The notes under the pieces are model-generated. The model had not been told where the DNA came from and did not search any database. It saw only the letters and a list, made by a program, of their open reading frames with translations. From an uncultured Candidatus Saccharibacteria bacterium (GTDB taxonomy: Bacteria; Patescibacteriota; Minisyncoccia; UBA6257; GWB1-50-10), in the NCBI GenBank assembly GCA_964489845.1, contig CAZAZV010000004.1, positions 1 through 49,665 on the forward strand: a stretch of DNA of 49,665 bases, read 5' to 3'. This document shows positions 46,647-49,665 of the stretch, piece after piece (position 1 is the first letter of the stretch; the number at the start of each line of letters is the position of its first letter). Position numbers and translations under genes: made by a program.

Positions 46647-47671
46647 CGGCGAAAGAGCCCCTTGAGCCACGGCACGATGCGCGCGTCGAGCGTGTAGTGG
46701 TCTTTGGCGTTCAAGAGAAGTGAGAACGAAATGCCGTAGAGCATGAAGTGCGGCCACAAGAGCTCGCGGAAATACAGAATCGAGAGCGTGATGAAGGCGA
46801 GCGAGATGAGAATCGTCCACCGCATGCAGAACCCGATGAGGATGAAAAGCCCGATGAGAATCTCGGAGACACCCGCTCCCGCCGCGATAAAGCCGGCGGT
46901 GGTATGGAAGAAATCCTGGAGATGGTACTGGTTGTACACCGCGATGGTGAGTGATTGGTGCAGGAACTTGATGGTGTAGCCGGCGTAGATAAGCGCGACA
47001 CCGTAGAGGATGCGGACGATCGGCGTCTCGAGAAATCGTTTCCCCTCCGCCCCCCTCCACCACCGCCGCTCGCCGAAAAAGAGTTTGTCGAACGAAAGGA
47101 ACCGCGAGCCGAAAAGGAAGAGGACGATAAGCTCGCCGAGATAGTTCGTATACGTGAGCATATACACGCCGAAATGGGCGCTTGCATAGAAATACAGGAT
47201 AATGCCGACAGCGGCAGCGGCCTCGGTGAGCGTCCCCGTGAGCACCATGAGCGCGATGACGAAAAGCAGGAGTTGTATCACCGGACCGAAGGGCAGCTGC
47301 GAGAGCGGAAGCTCGGGACCGAGAATCACGTTACCGAGCGCGGCGTAGAAAAAGGAGGCGCTTATGGCGAGGCGGATGATGAGCGGCCCGACGACGGCGA
47401 TGCGCCGTATAAACGCATCCACAATCTCCGCGAGCGGCGTCGTCGCCCAAAGGAAAACGAGTACGAACGAGAGCGCGACAAGGCCGCCGATGAGGAGAAA
47501 GGTATTGAGGTGCGCGGGGTCGACGAGCGGCGCGAAGGGGTGCGGCGAGTACGTCTGCAACCCTTGCTGGAACTCCTGCGCGGGGAGCACGTACGCTTCG
47601 TGCGCGGAGACGGGCAGCGCGAATGCGCCGCACGCGGCGACGAGCGCGAGGAAAATAAAAATACGTTTCAC
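46637..47671 (-). CDS. DoxX-related multi-TM protein
   Basis: Signal plus AHEAYV, many TMs, EILIGLF...ELLWPH. Confidence 0.75.
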   Translation of the reverse strand: MKRIFIFLALVAACGAFALPVSAHEAYVLPAQEFQQGLQTYSPHPFAPLVDPAHLNTFLLIGGLVALSFVLVFLWATTPLAEIVDAFIRRIAVVGPLIIRLAISASFFYAALGNVILGPELPLSQLPFGPVIQLLLFVIALMVLTGTLTEAAAAVGIILYFYASAHFGVYMLTYTNYLGELIVLFLFGSRFLSFDKLFFGERRWWRGAEGKRFLETPIVRILYGVALIYAGYTIKFLHQSLTIAVYNQYHLQDFFHTTAGFIAAGAGVSEILIGLFILIGFCMRWTILISLAFITLSILYFRELLWPHFMLYGISFSLLLNAKDHYTLDARIVPWLKGLFRRQS

Positions 47672-47769
47672 AGAAATTATTATAACGCGGAGATAGGACG
47701 TGACGAAAATAAAACAGGGCTGGCAACGCCAGGCCCTGCTTCTCCCAAGACGTCAACGGATTGTAGGCA

Positions 47770-48204
47770 TCAGTAATGATACCGCGAGTAACTCTCATCG
47801 AAATCAGCCGGGAGATACTCCTTGTAGTCCTCGAAACTTACGTCATCGAATCCGCCCGTTCCAAGGTTGGTCCGATAATGAGGAAAGAGGTCTACGGGTA
47901 TCCATCCCTGCCCCTCGCACTCGGGGCAGGTTATGCCACTGATTGAGCCGGTTCCGTCGCATTTACTGCAATCCTGTCTATCCTTGCCGCTGCGTTCGAA
48001 AACTCTTTGAGCTGCTGCCCTTGCCTTCTCTATCGCCCGCGCGCGATACTTCCTGCAATCATCGCAAAAGCCGGGTGCTGTAGCGACTGGATCAGCGTGA
48101 AAAAGACCCATAGAAAAGTCGTAGCCAAACATGCCGACATCTCTACTGGTTGTAAATCTTATCCCGCATCTCCTGCAGGTACACACCATATAGTCATACG
48201 CCAT
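47770..48204 (-). CDS. Cys-rich zinc-finger protein (zinc ribbon plus DnaJ-type CxxCxGxG)
   Basis: CRRC, CDDC, CSKCDGTG, CPECEGQG; GGGAG SD; TTGACC-17-TATTAT promoter. Confidence 0.7.
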   Translation of the reverse strand: MAYDYMVCTCRRCGIRFTTSRDVGMFGYDFSMGLFHADPVATAPGFCDDCRKYRARAIEKARAAAQRVFERSGKDRQDCSKCDGTGSISGITCPECEGQGWIPVDLFPHYRTNLGTGGFDDVSFEDYKEYLPADFDESYSRYHY

Positions 48205-48327
48205 GAGACACTCCCTTTCTTGTGTTCTCGCACAAGAAACCCGCATATCCGCCCGTCTTGAGGAATACATTTTCAATCAACTAAGTCGATAATAACACAA
48301 AAAAAATGATAGGTCAATAAAAAATAA

Positions 48328-48356
48328 AGCGCCGCTACCGCATGGGTAGGGCGCTT
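48328..48356 (-). terminator. intrinsic terminator
   Basis: AAGCGCC...GGCGCTT imperfect stem plus a T-run on the minus strand. Confidence 0.6.
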
Positions 48357-48361
48357 ATGTG

Positions 48362-49540
48362 TCAGGTTGTCGCGAGGACCGGCGGAAGCGACAGGGTGTT
48401 CACGACTTTCTCCATCGCCTCTCCGTCGCGCTCAAGCCGCGCGAAGAGCCGCCGCTTCAACGCCTCGCGCGCAGCGTACAGGCGGAGCGGCTCGGGCGAT
48501 TCGCCGAGCAAGCCCTCCTCGAAGAGCGCGCGAACGATGAAGGGCATGTAGGACGAATAGTCACCCTGCATGCTCGTCGTCTGCGTCGCGTACGTCTCGG
48601 GATTGATCTTGCCCCACGAAACCGCTTCCGACGGAAAACACGACGACAAACTGCCATCGGTAACCGGCGCCGAAACGATTTGCGCATCGTAGTCATATCC
48701 CCGGATGTGCTTCATGAAGAGGATTTGCGAGAGCGTCGGCTCCGGCTGGAGCGAGTAGTTCTTCGGCACGCCGCCGCCGAGGATGAGAATCGCGAACGAT
48801 TTCGCTTCCGAATCGAAAAGTCCCCAGTAGTGGTACGCGCACGATTCGAATACGTCCTCGTGCAGGTCATACTCGAACCGGTGCGTCAGAAACCCGAGCC
48901 GAGCGAGTACCCAGAGCTTCATCGAATTGATGAAGACGCTGCCGTCGGCGGGAGCGCCAACGAAAACCGGTATCTGCAGCTCGGCGCATGTGCTCAAAAG
49001 TCCGGGAGCGACGCCGCGCGCGCGTTCCCGCTCGGCATAACAGCAGCCGAGGAGAAAATTGCGCTCGGTCGTCGTCATTCGCCGCTGGAACTCCTTCCGC
49101 CGGAGTATCTCCGTGAGCACGATGTCCTGGTCGAAGAGTACCTGCTCCTCGAATCCGGTGTCGGTCACTCGGATAATGCCTTCTTCGCGAAGCTTGGCGT
49201 CGTCGCCGAAAAGCGGAACTTCGCGAATGGGGCGCTTGTCCGTCGCGCGGAGCGCGTCATGCCCATCGTGATAGCAGATTGCGTCGGTAACCGTGAGATA
49301 CGCCGTCTGTGCCGCTCTGATGAGCGGGATGAGCCACGCGCGGTGCTGGTCCGAAACGGTGATGGGTCCGGCGCAGGCGATGACGAGCGGAATGCGCTTC
49401 CGCAAAACCTGCCTCAGTATTTCATAGATGTGCCGCAGGTACGCCCCGCCGAATGCGGGGAGCGACTCGAGAAACACTTCACTTAAATTCAGGCATTCAG
49501 TAACCGATTTCCCCGTCACGGGTTTGCCCATAATTCCCAT
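48362..49540 (-). CDS. deoxyhypusine synthase-like (polyamine/homospermidine synthesis) protein
   Basis: ADGS, GGGVPKN..LQ, DGSLS....EAVSWGK; AGGAGG SD. Confidence 0.85.
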   Translation of the reverse strand: MGIMGKPVTGKSVTECLNLSEVFLESLPAFGGAYLRHIYEILRQVLRKRIPLVIACAGPITVSDQHRAWLIPLIRAAQTAYLTVTDAICYHDGHDALRATDKRPIREVPLFGDDAKLREEGIIRVTDTGFEEQVLFDQDIVLTEILRRKEFQRRMTTTERNFLLGCCYAERERARGVAPGLLSTCAELQIPVFVGAPADGSVFINSMKLWVLARLGFLTHRFEYDLHEDVFESCAYHYWGLFDSEAKSFAILILGGGVPKNYSLQPEPTLSQILFMKHIRGYDYDAQIVSAPVTDGSLSSCFPSEAVSWGKINPETYATQTTSMQGDYSSYMPFIVRALFEEGLLGESPEPLRLYAAREALKRRLFARLERDGEAMEKVVNTLSLPPVLATT

Positions 49541-49625
49541 AGACAACCTCCTGTAAGAGAACTGGGGTAGATACAACCACAAGAACGTCACGGTGTCAAT
49601 GATGCCATTCCTCAAGCAATGAGGA

Positions 49626-49665
49626 AAGACAAAAGCGTCCCTGCATGCAGGGACGCTTTTGTCTT
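49626..49665. terminator. perfect 40-bp palindrome (bidirectional terminator-like)
   Basis: AAGACAAAAGCGTCCCTGCA|TGCAGGGACGCTTTTGTCTT. Confidence 0.6.

Overview
Gene-dense, GC-rich bacterial chromosome segment. It is most likely Patescibacteria/CPR (Parcubacteria-like); this is inferred from gene content and order and from widespread apparently leaderless starts. Housekeeping content: comF-dprA-comM competence cluster, yraN, rpmA, rplI, S41 protease, def, gpsA, pyrG, murB, mltG, rarA and two MacAB-like ABC cassettes. Accessory content: (1) A Y1/HUH (RAYT-like) transposase associated with a dispersed palindrome of up to 47 bp whose arms carry DnaA boxes; one copy lies in frame inside the transposase gene itself. 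(2) A ~1.3 kb integrase-less islet (Phd/RelE toxin-antitoxin plus an orphan gene) bounded by a 38-bp duplication of an ABC permease 3' end. (3) An AT-rich defence island led by a LexA-like repressor, containing a fused REase-MTase, an S subunit, DUF3800 with a candidate convergent small RNA, two RxxxxH (HEPN-like) proteins and an HNH nuclease. (4) Several self-contained orphan genes sharing a promoter/boxA-like/SD/terminator design. No tRNA, rRNA or CRISPR array was seen. All family calls come from motif recognition by eye, with no database searches.
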